The notes under the pieces were generated by a model. That model was not told where the DNA came from and did not search any database. It saw only the letters and a program-made list of their open reading frames with translations. The position numbers and the translations under genes were made by a program. Of a stretch of DNA of 64,000 nt, positions 1 through 10,277 are shown in pieces (the first letter of the stretch is position 1; the number at the start of each line of letters is the position of its first letter). The DNA comes from Escherichia phage HermannAdler_Bas98. The stretch lies in the sequence record PQ850608.1; one strand, written 5' to 3'.

Positions 1-1428
1 ATGTACCAGTTGAATCCTGCTTTAAAAGAAGTCTGGAAGACAAAAGCGCGATACAAAGTAATATACGGCGGTCGTGCATCTTCCAAATCGCACGATGCCG
101 CTGGTTTTGCTATTTATTTGGCGGCAAACTTCAAATTAAAATTCCTTTGCGTTCGACAATTCCAAAACAAGATTTCTGAATCTGTATATACTCTATTAAA
201 AGACAAAATAGAGATTTCTGATTTCAAAGATGAGTTCAATTTATTAAAGAACTCTATTGAACATAAAAGAACTAAATCTGAATTTCTATTTTACGGTATC
301 GCACGTAACGTTGATGAAATCAAATCAACGGAAGGTGTTGACGTCCTTTGGCTGGAAGAGGCGCACGCGCTTACTGAAGAACAGTGGGACATTATTGAGC
401 CGACAATCCGTAAAGAAGGGTCAGAAATATGGATCATCTTTAACCCTGATGAAGAGGCCGATTTCGTCTACCAAAACTTTGTTATGCGACCACCGAAGAA
501 TGCCATAGTTAAAAAGATAAACTGGCAAGACAACCCATTCTTGTCGCAAACAATGCTGGATGTTATCGCAGGCATGTACGAGCGCGACCCGAAAAAGGCA
601 GAGCACGTTTATGGCGGCGTGCCGAAGACTGGCGGCGATAAATCTGTAATCAACCGTGCATTCGTTAAGGCCGCTCTTAATCTCCACAAACACCCTACGC
701 TGGGCTGGAGTTTGTCAGGGTCTAACCGTATAGGATTTGACGTAGCGGACGATGGCGACGACCTTAACGCCACTGCATTCGTCACAGGAAACGTATTGCG
801 CGGCATCAAGACGTGGGAAGGTCTGGAAGATGAATTGTTGAAATCGGCAAGCGGAGTTTGGAAAGATGCGCTTACATTTGGCGCTTCTATAACTTATGAC
901 GCCATCGGTGTCGGCGCTTTTGCTGGTTCAAAATTTGATGAACTAAACGAGTATGCAATACATGAAAATCCATCATTTCCAAGAATCGAATTTAATGCGT
1001 TCAACGCGCAAGGGTCTGTTGATGATCCTGATGACGTTTTTCTTGAGCTACCACACGTTGAAATACTCAATAAAGACCATTTCGCAAACATAAAAGCGCA
1101 AAAGTGGACTGAAATTGCAGAGAGATTCAGAAAGACATACGAATATGCAACTGGGCAAGCCGTATATCCGACTGATGAATTGATTTCAATCGACACCGAT
1201 GGTATACCGGAACTTGGGATTCCAGCTTGGACTACTGAAGAGATTGAGACGTTTCTTTTTGAGATGTCAGCGCCGCGCAAAGATACGTCTGTTCTTGGCA
1301 AGTTCAAAGTTGAATCCAAAAAGGATATGGCAAAGCGTGGAGTCAAATCACCTAACAAAGCGGACGCAGCAATCATGGCATTGATGAAACCAATCGTTGC
1401 AGCATCCGGCTTCTTCTCTAACCTTTAA
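1..1428 (+). CDS. terL: Terminase large subunit (may be 5'-truncated by window edge)
   Basis: 475 aa; N-terminal P-loop-like GGRASSKSH; immediately upstream of portal gene; typical packaging-module position. Confidence 0.8.
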   Translation: MYQLNPALKEVWKTKARYKVIYGGRASSKSHDAAGFAIYLAANFKLKFLCVRQFQNKISESVYTLLKDKIEISDFKDEFNLLKNSIEHKRTKSEFLFYGIARNVDEIKSTEGVDVLWLEEAHALTEEQWDIIEPTIRKEGSEIWIIFNPDEEADFVYQNFVMRPPKNAIVKKINWQDNPFLSQTMLDVIAGMYERDPKKAEHVYGGVPKTGGDKSVINRAFVKAALNLHKHPTLGWSLSGSNRIGFDVADDGDDLNATAFVTGNVLRGIKTWEGLEDELLKSASGVWKDALTFGASITYDAIGVGAFAGSKFDELNEYAIHENPSFPRIEFNAFNAQGSVDDPDDVFLELPHVEILNKDHFANIKAQKWTEIAERFRKTYEYATGQAVYPTDELISIDTDGIPELGIPAWTTEEIETFLFEMSAPRKDTSVLGKFKVESKKDMAKRGVKSPNKADAAIMALMKPIVAASGFFSNL

Positions 1429-1431
1429 CAA

Positions 1432-1671
1432 TCAAAGCATTCCGTGCTGAAGGTCAAGCTTTCTTGCGGCAAACGACCTGGCACGGAATCGCTTACCCGC
1501 TCTCACCGCCTGCCGAATCTTCTTTTGCATACACTTACGGTCAAAATCGTTGCGGTCAACGGCTTCGAGTAAATCCCGACGCAAAGCACCTAGTGTCGCC
1601 TTTTCGGATAATTCTACGCCCAGCGCGGCTGCAACGTCTTTCAAAACATCGAGTTCGGTTAACGTTCTCAT
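1432..1671 (-). CDS. Hypothetical protein, antisense to structural module
   Basis: 79-aa ORF, 4-bp overlap with upstream minus-strand ORF 1668-2084; basic C-terminus; no recognisable motif. Confidence 0.35.
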   Translation of the reverse strand: MRTLTELDVLKDVAAALGVELSEKATLGALRRDLLEAVDRNDFDRKCMQKKIRQAVRAGKRFRARSFAARKLDLQHGML

Positions 1672-2084
1672 TTGATGATCCCCTTGATGTCTGATTCTGC
1701 CATAAAGATTGGAGTGCCGCCGCCAGGAACAATCGAGCGCGTTACTTTGTCGAACATATCGTTCTCTTCAACTTGAATACGATAAAATTTATTTTTGGAT
1801 GAAGATGGGCACAATCCAATAAATTTACCAATGCCGCGAACGCATTCATCTTCAAAGTATACTGTTTCACCTTGAATGGATTCGATGTTTTCAACCGGAT
1901 ACACCTTGCGACCTAAAAGCCACTCATCCATGGTCGCCTGCAACACGTTTCGCGCATCCAAAATCCAAGGGTCAACTGTGGCGCCTTCATATCGCGAAGC
2001 AGTGGCTTTTGCCAGTTCTTCATATTCGCATACGTTAACGACTTCGCCGTTGTGCAAGACGACAAATACAATTGTTGTGCTCAT
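1668..2084 (-). CDS. Hypothetical protein, antisense to structural module
   Basis: 138-aa ORF on opposite strand between terminase and portal; AT-rich divergent region 2085-2246 upstream. Confidence 0.4.
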   Translation of the reverse strand: MSTTIVFVVLHNGEVVNVCEYEELAKATASRYEGATVDPWILDARNVLQATMDEWLLGRKVYPVENIESIQGETVYFEDECVRGIGKFIGLCPSSSKNKFYRIQVEENDMFDKVTRSIVPGGGTPIFMAESDIKGIIK

Positions 2085-2179
2085 TTCAATCTCCTTTCGT
2101 TTGGTTAACTAAAATATAACTCAAAATGATACAAAAGCAAAATATTTTATGAACTATTTATGATCACCATACATATCAT

Positions 2180-2208
2180 TTGCTTACAAACACATGAATA
2201 TTTATAAT
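2180..2208 (+). promoter_or_regulatory. Sigma70-like promoter TTGCTT-N17-TATAAT upstream of portal gene
   Basis: -35 TTGCTT at 2180-2185, 17-nt spacer, -10 TATAAT at 2203-2208, followed by RBS AGGTGG and ATG at 2247. Confidence 0.6.
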
Positions 2209-2246
2209 ATAGATTGATTCCCTTTCACTGTCAGGTGGCGTTAACA

Positions 2247-4622
2247 ATGAAAATTCTTGGCATAAAACTCTGGGAGAAGACGCAACCAGAAGCCGAACCA
2301 GCGGAGATGCCGCCAGGCGACCCATTGGCACCGTTTGAACGCCTTGAAAGGCGCGGCAGCGGTCAACGCTGGGAAAAGACTGAAAGCAATCGACCGACCT
2401 TTAAAACGGTTGATGACTTCCCTTTATATGAGCCTGATATTAATGGCGATGGTGTTGCAATCATAAAAGGTCGTTCAGTCGATTCCGCAACAGTATCCAA
2501 AAAGGTTATGGATAATGCCTTAAAGAACATCAGTTCAGAAGGGCAAGTCAACCCATACACAGTACCTATTCAACTTCAAAACTGGTATTTGTCACAGTCA
2601 TTCATCGGCTATCAAGCTTGTGCCATCATCGCACAGCATTGGCTGGTGAACAAGGCGTGTTCCATGGTAGGCCGCGATGCGGTCCGTAAAGGTTGGGAAG
2701 TCAAATCCAGTTCTGAGTCAGAATTGTCAGTACAGGCAAGCGAACGCCTAAAGCAAATTGATAAAGAATTTAATATCAAAGAGCACTTAGTTGAAGCCGA
2801 ACGATTCAAAAATATTTTTGGTATCCGCGTCATCATATTTGATGTGCGTAGCGATGACCCAGAATATTACAGCAAGCCTTTTAACATTGATGGCGTGACA
2901 AAGGGGTCTTATAAGGGAATCATTCAGGTTGACCCTTATTGGATGATGCCGTTTCTGACGTCTGAAAACACAGCAGACCCTGCATCACAGCACTTCTATG
3001 ACCCAGAATATTGGGTAATCAGCGGACAACGTTATCATCGCAGCCACCTCATAATCTTGCGCAACGATGAGCCAGCCGATATTCTCAAGCCGACTTATAT
3101 TTACGGCGGCATTCCTCTGACTCAGCAGATTTATGAACGCATCTATGCCGCTGAACGTACCGCCAACGAAGCGCCATTGCTGGCGATGTCCAAGCGTACA
3201 ACGACGCTGCGGACCGACGTTGACAAGGCTATTGCCAATGAGCGGTCTTTTGCAGAACGTCTGATGATGTGGATCAAGTACCGCGACAACTATGCAGTCA
3301 AAGTGCTTGGCCAAAAAGAAGAGATGGACCAGTTTGACATCAACTTGTCAGACTTCGACAGCATCATCATGAACCAGTACCAGCTGGTGGCCGCAATCGC
3401 AAAAGTTCCGTCGACAAAACTGTTAGGGACGTCACCTAAAGGCTTTAACGCCACTGGTGAGTTCGAGATGGTCAGCTATCACGAAGAATTGGAAACTTGT
3501 CAGCAGCACGATTTGACGAAGATTCTGGACCGTCACTATAAAATCCTTTTGAAATCTGAAGGTGTTGAAGTCGACGTTAAAGTGGCATGGGAGCCAGTTG
3601 GTTCACTTACTGCTACTCAGCTTGCAGAGATTAACGACAAACGAGCGAATACTGGTAAGACTCTCATTGATGCTGGCGTCATCTCCCCTGATGAAGAGCG
3701 CGACCGCATCAAGGACGACAAAAACAGCGGCTACAACCGTCTGCCGGAAGATGCAGCGGAAGAAACCCCAGGGATGTCTCCAGAGAACATGGCGTTGCTT
3801 GGCAAGTCTGCTGGTGAAGTGCTGCAAGGTAAGGCTGATATTGAACAGGCTAAGGCTGATGTTGTCAAGATGGGCGGCCAGTTCTATAGCGAGACTGGTA
3901 TCATGCCGGAAGGTGCCGCGCGCGGTGAGTTGGCAGAAAACCCTGACAGGGCACCAGTTGAGATTAACATGGATGATACCGATGACGAATCAAGCCATCA
4001 CGTTGATGTCCTAACGCAACTGAAAGAAGGTCTGGAGGGTATTGCTGACTATTACCTTAAAGAAGGTCAGGATGTGGATTTTGACCCTCAAAAAGATGCA
4101 AGGTCGGTGCAACCGTCTACGCTTCCAAGCGTAAAAGGAAATGTCGTAAACTTGCGACACAATGTAGGGAAGATGGATGCCGCATCGCTGCCTAAGATGA
4201 AGTTGCACGGGATGATTCTTGGTATTGAGAATCCTCGCAACAGCATTCGCAGGGGCAACAGCCTTGATGGTGAATGGGCAGTTAAGATGCCGCACCATTA
4301 CGGATTTATCAAAGGCACCAAGGGCGCTGATGGTGATGAAGTCGACTGCTTTGTTGGACCAAATATGAAGTCGCCTAAAGTATTCATCATTAACCAAAAT
4401 GATAATTATTCTGGCGAATTTGATGAACACAAGTGTATGCTTGGATTTGATTCAGCAGAAGAAGCGAAAGAAGCTTATCAGGCGTCATTTGGTAACGGTT
4501 GGAACGGATTTGACTCAATCCACGAATTGGATGTCAACTCATTCAAGGAGTGGTTGAAGGGTGATTGCTCTCAAGCATATGGAGCACTCAACAATCCTAC
4601 TAATTCACCGAAGCAAGGTTGA
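2247..4622 (+). CDS. Portal protein with extended C-terminal domain
   Basis: Large ORF directly after terminase; start refined to Met12 of track ORF behind RBS AGGTGG; about 790 aa is longer than typical portals, C-terminal roughly 180 aa looks like an extra domain. Confidence 0.7.
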   Translation: MKILGIKLWEKTQPEAEPAEMPPGDPLAPFERLERRGSGQRWEKTESNRPTFKTVDDFPLYEPDINGDGVAIIKGRSVDSATVSKKVMDNALKNISSEGQVNPYTVPIQLQNWYLSQSFIGYQACAIIAQHWLVNKACSMVGRDAVRKGWEVKSSSESELSVQASERLKQIDKEFNIKEHLVEAERFKNIFGIRVIIFDVRSDDPEYYSKPFNIDGVTKGSYKGIIQVDPYWMMPFLTSENTADPASQHFYDPEYWVISGQRYHRSHLIILRNDEPADILKPTYIYGGIPLTQQIYERIYAAERTANEAPLLAMSKRTTTLRTDVDKAIANERSFAERLMMWIKYRDNYAVKVLGQKEEMDQFDINLSDFDSIIMNQYQLVAAIAKVPSTKLLGTSPKGFNATGEFEMVSYHEELETCQQHDLTKILDRHYKILLKSEGVEVDVKVAWEPVGSLTATQLAEINDKRANTGKTLIDAGVISPDEERDRIKDDKNSGYNRLPEDAAEETPGMSPENMALLGKSAGEVLQGKADIEQAKADVVKMGGQFYSETGIMPEGAARGELAENPDRAPVEINMDDTDDESSHHVDVLTQLKEGLEGIADYYLKEGQDVDFDPQKDARSVQPSTLPSVKGNVVNLRHNVGKMDAASLPKMKLHGMILGIENPRNSIRRGNSLDGEWAVKMPHHYGFIKGTKGADGDEVDCFVGPNMKSPKVFIINQNDNYSGEFDEHKCMLGFDSAEEAKEAYQASFGNGWNGFDSIHELDVNSFKEWLKGDCSQAYGALNNPTNSPKQG

Positions 4623-4623
4623 T

Positions 4624-5475
4624 ATGGCTTTTAAAGCTTCGAAAAAACGTGAACGCCGCTTACCCGATAGAGTCGGGCGCGGCAGTCCGATAATCCCATC
4701 CAACGCAATCGCGATGGCCTATCGTCGTGAGATGAAAGGTCTTTGCTATGCGATGATTGACGACTATCAAGAAGGAATTGCTGAGTGGCTTGAAAAGAAG
4801 CAGGTAAAAAAATTCTTTGCGCAAGACTCTGCTGATTCAACTTTTCAAACCTTGATGAAGCGCCTTCAACTGAAATGGGCAAAAGCATTCGCCCGTGTCG
4901 GGTCAAAGATTGCCGCAGATTTCATCAAGTCAGTTGAAAAGGGCGCGACTTCTGCTACATTTGCAAGTCTTAAATCTGCAGGAATAGAAGCGCCAAAAGC
5001 CACATATAATAAATTCGTTGAGAACACTCTTAAAACAAGCGAGACGTTCAACACGACTTTAGTGACTAAGGTTGGCGAGGATATTCACAACAGGGTGTAC
5101 GAAGCGGTGATGCTTTCGCTGACTTCGCCAGACCCAGCGCAACAAGGCACGTCCGGCATTCAGGCGGCATTAAGGCATGTAAAACACTTCTCTGCAAAAC
5201 GCGTAGACCTTATCGCCAAAGACCAAACGAGCAAACTTTATTGCGTATTAAGTGATGAAAGAATGCGACAGAATGGCGTTGAGGAATTTGAGTGGGCGCA
5301 TTCAGGAGCAGGAAAAGAGCCGCGAATATCGCATGAGCATGTCGATGGGATGAGATTCAAGCTTGATGACAAACGCTTATGGGAAGTAGGTGGAGAACTT
5401 AAGTTCAAAAAGGGTGACATCGGTCCTCCTGGATGGGCGATACACTGCAAGTGCAGAAAAATACCAATTATCTGA
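4624..5475 (+). CDS. Head morphogenesis protein (Mu F / SPP1 gp7-like minor head protein)
   Basis: Position immediately after portal with 1-nt gap; size about 283 aa; family call by gene order and general sequence character. Confidence 0.55.
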   Translation: MAFKASKKRERRLPDRVGRGSPIIPSNAIAMAYRREMKGLCYAMIDDYQEGIAEWLEKKQVKKFFAQDSADSTFQTLMKRLQLKWAKAFARVGSKIAADFIKSVEKGATSATFASLKSAGIEAPKATYNKFVENTLKTSETFNTTLVTKVGEDIHNRVYEAVMLSLTSPDPAQQGTSGIQAALRHVKHFSAKRVDLIAKDQTSKLYCVLSDERMRQNGVEEFEWAHSGAGKEPRISHEHVDGMRFKLDDKRLWEVGGELKFKKGDIGPPGWAIHCKCRKIPII

Positions 5476-5482
5476 GGTCATT

Positions 5483-6403
5483 ATGACGATACCAATCAAC
5501 ACATTCCCTCTATCTGGACAAACTCCAGTCTTGCCTGCGGTGTATGCTAATGGCTTGGCAATTGTCTCAGAATTCACTTCTGATAAAAACTTGATTGTTC
5601 CACTGAGCCCGCCGCTTGCATCAGGGTATAACTCAGTAGGTCAATTCTTTATGATTGGAAATGATGGCGATTCGACCAGCAAGCCTAATCTGACATTGTC
5701 TGTACCTAAGATGGACATCACAGACGTTCAAACTGGCTTGACTGCATCAACAATCACCATTGCTTTTGGAGAAGCGGTGATTATAGGAATGGAGTCTGGA
5801 GGGTCCAAGAATGCTGTCGCCGTTAAGGTAGTCAAATCCATCGACAACCAATACACGTTACCAGCTGCGACGGCTTCCGTTCTCGGCGGCGTCAAAATAG
5901 GAAGCGGAATAAGCGTCGCAGGTGACGGTACAATTAGCGTCACCCAATACTCATTGCCGATTGCGTCAGCATCTACTTTAGGCGGCGTAAAGGTCGGTAC
6001 AACTCTATCAATTGATGGTTCCGGTGTGCTTAACGCAGCGGAAAGCACCGTCCAGAATGCCACGAACAGTGTTAGCAATCCTCCAACCACTTTGGTTAAT
6101 CTGGCGACCTTAAACCTTCCTGCAGGAAAGTGGCTTGTGACGGCAAGTCAGTTGACTGTCGCGACAGCAGGAATTCAAGCGAATACCGGAATTACATCCA
6201 AATTGTCAACAAGCGATTCAGATATTACGGATGATGCATTTACGATGTCAGCTGGCATTCGGGCTGCAGGTCGTTTCGGCGGCAATATTCCAACAAAGAT
6301 AATTACTCTTGCCGCTCCTGGCGATGTGTATCTAAACTATCAATGCACAGATGCGTTGACATCTACCGTTTACGGACAGATCACCGCAATCAAGCTGAAC
6401 TAA
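5483..6403 (+). CDS. Structural protein with Gly/Ser/Thr/Val-rich internal repeats
   Basis: Internal repeated segments (SVLGGVKIGSGISV / STLGGVKVGTTLSI); RBS GAGGT before ATG. Confidence 0.45.
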   Translation: MTIPINTFPLSGQTPVLPAVYANGLAIVSEFTSDKNLIVPLSPPLASGYNSVGQFFMIGNDGDSTSKPNLTLSVPKMDITDVQTGLTASTITIAFGEAVIIGMESGGSKNAVAVKVVKSIDNQYTLPAATASVLGGVKIGSGISVAGDGTISVTQYSLPIASASTLGGVKVGTTLSIDGSGVLNAAESTVQNATNSVSNPPTTLVNLATLNLPAGKWLVTASQLTVATAGIQANTGITSKLSTSDSDITDDAFTMSAGIRAAGRFGGNIPTKIITLAAPGDVYLNYQCTDALTSTVYGQITAIKLN

Positions 6404-6579
6404 AGAGGAAGTTATGCAAAAGATTATTCAGTCACGTTATGTTAAAGTGCGAAATATTAATTGCAACTCTTTGCTTTCTTGGAAATGGGCCGTTTACGAC
6501 TCGATGTTAATTGGCGTTTTAGTTGCAGGAGTGCTATTTAATATTCACTGAATTCATCGGCAAAGGATTGCCGCGAGTT

Positions 6580-6870
6580 TTATACGTATAATGACGTATC
6601 ATCCGTATCAAGTAAGTTATTGTTTTCAAAAGAATCTTACGGATGATACGGATGATACGCGTTGCCGCCGTACTATATAGGAATTCAAATAAATTAATTT
6701 AAAATTATATATCTAATTTAATTTTATTTTTTTATAAACTCTTATATATGAAAAGTATCCGTATCATCCGTATCATCCGTAGCACACCAGTGATAGCGCG
6801 GCTTATACACCGATACGGATAAAAATACGCCTCATTTTATCCGTATCATCCGTATCACACTAATAAAGGC
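6580..6870. repeat. Iteron array flanking AT-rich spacer (copy A of a duplicated element)
   Basis: Multiple direct and inverted copies of CCGTATCAT / GGATGATACGGATGATACG around an AT-rich core (AATTAATTTAAAATTATAT...TTTTTTT); homologous to 58900-59170. Confidence 0.7.
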
Positions 6871-6914
6871 GCGGCTATATTGGTTGTTATACATATTCAA
6901 ACCATAATTATTGT

Positions 6915-6943
6915 TTGCCTAAGTTTTTTTCATTAGATATAAT
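6915..6943 (+). promoter_or_regulatory. Sigma70-like promoter TTGCCT-N17-TATAAT upstream of scaffold/capsid genes
   Basis: -35 TTGCCT 6915-6920, 17-nt spacer, -10 TATAAT 6938-6943; RBS GAGGGTGG then ATG 6973. Confidence 0.6.
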
Positions 6944-6972
6944 ACACAATACTTATTTGAGGGTGGATGCGA

Positions 6973-8388
6973 ATGCAAACGGCACGCGAAATTGACAAAA
7001 ATGGATTCTTGACGATTATGGGTTGTCCAATTTCGTCATTTGGCATTTTTGATTATTCTGCTGGTCAAGTCGGTCTTGATGGTGATCCGAATCGCATCGT
7101 AAAAGTCTATCGCCCTGAGTCAGCGGTGAAAGACCCCGAAGCGATAGATTCATTCAAAAATATCCCTTTCATCGACAATCACGAAATGCTTTCTGGATTT
7201 GAAGGTGATGAGGATAACACAGCACCCGAAGAGTATGGAGTTGATGGCGTTCTGACTGGCAATGTTTATTATGACAAGCCATGGATGCGCGGCGACCTTA
7301 AAGTGTTTAGCCGTCGTCTGAAGAAGGCCATTGATTCTGGAAAGGTTGACTTGTCTTTGGGCTATGACTGTGAATTCATCATACAGTCTGGAGAGTTTGA
7401 CGGGCAGCCGTATGAAGTGGTGCAGACAACTCTTCGCGGCAACCACATTGCTCTCGTGGACGTTGGTCGAGTACCAGGTGCACGGGTGCTGGATGGTCGT
7501 TGCTTTGACCATCTTTGTTTGACGACTGTAACACCATCCAACGAGGATTTAGACATGCCAAAACCGTTAAAAGGTAAAGCGCGTGATAATGCTGTTGAAC
7601 AGCTGAAATCACTGATCCCTGCGCTCGAACAATTTCTGAACGAAGAGAGTACTGAAGCTGCTCATCAGGACGAAGTTGAAGTGAAAGCAGAAGAGAAGGA
7701 CTCAACCGAAAATCGTGAAGAAGTAATGGTTGATCCAGAAGTCAAGGCAGAAGCAGAAGAAACCCCAGAAGGTGAAGAGAAGTTTGAAGTTGAAACTGAA
7801 TCTCACGCTGGCGGCGAACTTCCGCAATTGATCAGCCAAATCGAAGCACTTATTGCAAAACTGAAAGGTGGCGCGGTAGGTGATGAAGAAGAAGTTGAAG
7901 CCGAAGTCAAAGACGAAGAAGAAGTTGAAGTCAAGGCTGAAGATGTATCACCTTGCGACAAAGCTGAAGATGTGGTTAGCGGCCTGCAAAACAGCAACGT
8001 AAAGGGGGCTTCGGTCGAAAAAGATGACAAACCGACAAAAGCGGCGAAAGCGTCGCCAGGTCCAGCAAAAGGGGAACACTCAATGGCATCTGATTCAGCA
8101 GTTGCTGCTTTCTACGCTGATTCTGCTCGTAAGAATAGCCTCTACCAGCGCCTGTCTAAAGTTGTTGGTGCCTTTGATCATGCAACTATGGACTCCAAGT
8201 CCGTAGCGAAATATGGCGCTAAAAAGTTAGGCTTGAAGTGCGTTGATGGTGCTGAGTTTGACGTGGTGGATAATTATCTGCGCGGCGTTGAGCACGGTCA
8301 AAAACAGCGTGTAGTCGCAAAACAAAAGGCCGCTGCGGATTCTGCAGCAACTGACGAAGCATTTGAAGCTTGGTTGAAAGGGGAATAA
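6973..8388 (+). CDS. Scaffold-like / prohead-associated protein with acidic Glu/Val/Lys-rich repeat region
   Basis: Globular N-terminal domain followed by low-complexity acidic repeats (EEVEAEVKDEEEVEVKAED); located just upstream of capsid genes. Confidence 0.5.
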   Translation: MQTAREIDKNGFLTIMGCPISSFGIFDYSAGQVGLDGDPNRIVKVYRPESAVKDPEAIDSFKNIPFIDNHEMLSGFEGDEDNTAPEEYGVDGVLTGNVYYDKPWMRGDLKVFSRRLKKAIDSGKVDLSLGYDCEFIIQSGEFDGQPYEVVQTTLRGNHIALVDVGRVPGARVLDGRCFDHLCLTTVTPSNEDLDMPKPLKGKARDNAVEQLKSLIPALEQFLNEESTEAAHQDEVEVKAEEKDSTENREEVMVDPEVKAEAEETPEGEEKFEVETESHAGGELPQLISQIEALIAKLKGGAVGDEEEVEAEVKDEEEVEVKAEDVSPCDKAEDVVSGLQNSNVKGASVEKDDKPTKAAKASPGPAKGEHSMASDSAVAAFYADSARKNSLYQRLSKVVGAFDHATMDSKSVAKYGAKKLGLKCVDGAEFDVVDNYLRGVEHGQKQRVVAKQKAAADSAATDEAFEAWLKGE

Positions 8389-8390
8389 AC

Positions 8391-9008
8391 ATGACTTTCC
8401 AAACTAGTGTAGGCCGTCAATATACAACTGGCTTTCCTGGCGACATCGTTCGCGACGGCCCACAGCGTGGGAAGCCAGGTCGAATCGTTAGCGCCAACGA
8501 TGGTGCAAACGTAAACGCCATCAGCCGTGTGTTCGGTTTTAAAGATGACGTATCTTTAATGGGTACTGGTCAAACCAAAACCTTGGGCGCGCAGGACTTT
8601 GAAGTTGAACTGGGCGGCACCAATTACTATGGCATCCTTGGCAACAGCAAGCGTTACGCTCTGTATGGCAACTCTACTGGTCCTTTGGGCGCCAGCATGG
8701 TTCTGCCTCAATATAGCGAAGGCGAGTTCTATGATATGTGCACGGGCCTCGTAGTTGAAGTATTCAACCCAAGCACCAGTCCGCAGACGCTGAACTACGG
8801 CGACCTGCTCGCTTATGTACCTAAAGGCATTTCCAGCGGTAACAACCCGAACAACTTGCCTATCGGTGCAATTATCGCCTACACTGGCTCACTGCCAACT
8901 GGCATGGTTGCCATTCCAGGCGGTATCGTGATTGACCCGACTGCTATTGCCCTTTCCGGCCCAAGCGTCCAGTCTTCCACTTATACCACTGTACAATTGA
9001 CTCGTTAA
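8391..9008 (+). CDS. Hypothetical head protein (possible decoration or minor capsid protein)
   Basis: ORF between scaffold-like gene and major capsid gene; start at Met8 of track ORF, abutting upstream stop. Confidence 0.45.
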   Translation: MTFQTSVGRQYTTGFPGDIVRDGPQRGKPGRIVSANDGANVNAISRVFGFKDDVSLMGTGQTKTLGAQDFEVELGGTNYYGILGNSKRYALYGNSTGPLGASMVLPQYSEGEFYDMCTGLVVEVFNPSTSPQTLNYGDLLAYVPKGISSGNNPNNLPIGAIIAYTGSLPTGMVAIPGGIVIDPTAIALSGPSVQSSTYTTVQLTR

Positions 9009-9022
9009 TAGGCAGGTGAATA

Positions 9023-10162
9023 ATGACTCGCATTAGCCAAACACACTCTCGCCTCCCAGCGAGCAAGGTGCGCCCTTTTGATATGCAATCCGTCACCGAC
9101 GCGGCTGTTTCCCAGCTTGCTCGTATCGGTATTGTGTTTGATTCCGCGATTGTGCGTGATCAGATTGAGCACTTAAACCGTGCAGGCGCTTTTCGCGTAG
9201 GTGACGCCGCGTTTACTGCGCCGCAGACTACTCCGTCAATCCCGACCCCGTTGCAGTTCCTGCAGCAGTGGTTGCCTGGCTTCGTCAAAATCATGACCGC
9301 TGCTCGTAAAATCGACGAGCTGGTTGGTATTGATACTGTTGGTCAGTGGGAAGATGCAGAAATCGTTCAGGGTATCGTTGAACCAGCTGGCACCGCAGTT
9401 GAATATGGTGATTTCACCTCTATTCCTCTGGCAAGCTGGAACGTAAACTTTGAACGTCGTTCTATCGTTCGTGGCGAAATGGGCATGGCAGTTGGTATGC
9501 TGGAAGAAGGCCGCGCGTCTGCGATGCGTCTGAACTCCGCAGAAACCAAGCGCCAGCAGGCTGCTGTATCTCTGGAAATCATGCGTAACGCAATCGGCTT
9601 CTATGGTTGGTACAACGGGAATAACCGCACGTTCGGATTCCTGAATGATCCAAACCTGCCAGCGGCGATGACTTCCAACACCACTTCCGGCTGGGCTACT
9701 GCGACCTTCCAACAGGTTACTGCAGACATCCGTTTGATGGTTCGTCAAATTCGTGTGAACTCTCAGGACCAGATTGATCCAGAGAAGGTTGACATGACTC
9801 TTGCGCTGCCGACTAACTCTATCGATTGGCTGTCCAACACCACTGACTTCGGTATTTCTGTACGTGACTGGATCACCCAGACTTATCCGAAGATGAAGAT
9901 CAAATCTGCACCGGAACTCAACGGCGCACTTGGCAGTGACCCGACTTTCTTGAACGTGGCATACCTGTACGCTGATCACATTGATTCCTCAATCGATGGC
10001 TCAAGCGATGATGGTTCCGTATTCAGTCAGCTGGTTCAGACCAAGTTCATGACTCTGGGCGTTGAAAAGCGTGCTAAGAGCTATGTCGAAGACTACGCAA
10101 ACGCAACAGCAGGCGTTCTGCTCAAGCGTCCTTTCGCAGTCGTCCGTATGACTGGTATTTAA
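9023..10162 (+). CDS. Major capsid protein (putative)
   Basis: 379 aa ORF in canonical position after scaffold; followed by hairpin at 10188-10217. Confidence 0.6.
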   Translation: MTRISQTHSRLPASKVRPFDMQSVTDAAVSQLARIGIVFDSAIVRDQIEHLNRAGAFRVGDAAFTAPQTTPSIPTPLQFLQQWLPGFVKIMTAARKIDELVGIDTVGQWEDAEIVQGIVEPAGTAVEYGDFTSIPLASWNVNFERRSIVRGEMGMAVGMLEEGRASAMRLNSAETKRQQAAVSLEIMRNAIGFYGWYNGNNRTFGFLNDPNLPAAMTSNTTSGWATATFQQVTADIRLMVRQIRVNSQDQIDPEKVDMTLALPTNSIDWLSNTTDFGISVRDWITQTYPKMKIKSAPELNGALGSDPTFLNVAYLYADHIDSSIDGSSDDGSVFSQLVQTKFMTLGVEKRAKSYVEDYANATAGVLLKRPFAVVRMTGI

Positions 10163-10187
10163 TTGCTGTGATTACACAGTAAAACAC

Positions 10188-10217
10188 ATGGGGCGTGGTC
10201 GAAAGGCTTCGCCCCAT
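10188..10217 (+). terminator. Hairpin (ATGGGGCG...CGCCCCAT) downstream of capsid gene
   Basis: 8-bp GC-rich inverted repeat; no clear U-run, so may be attenuator or processing site rather than strong terminator. Confidence 0.4.
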
Positions 10218-10277
10218 ATCAATAGACCTCAAGGGCTGTAGGGGCTTATCTGAGGCTTATATAAATAGGACTACAAA

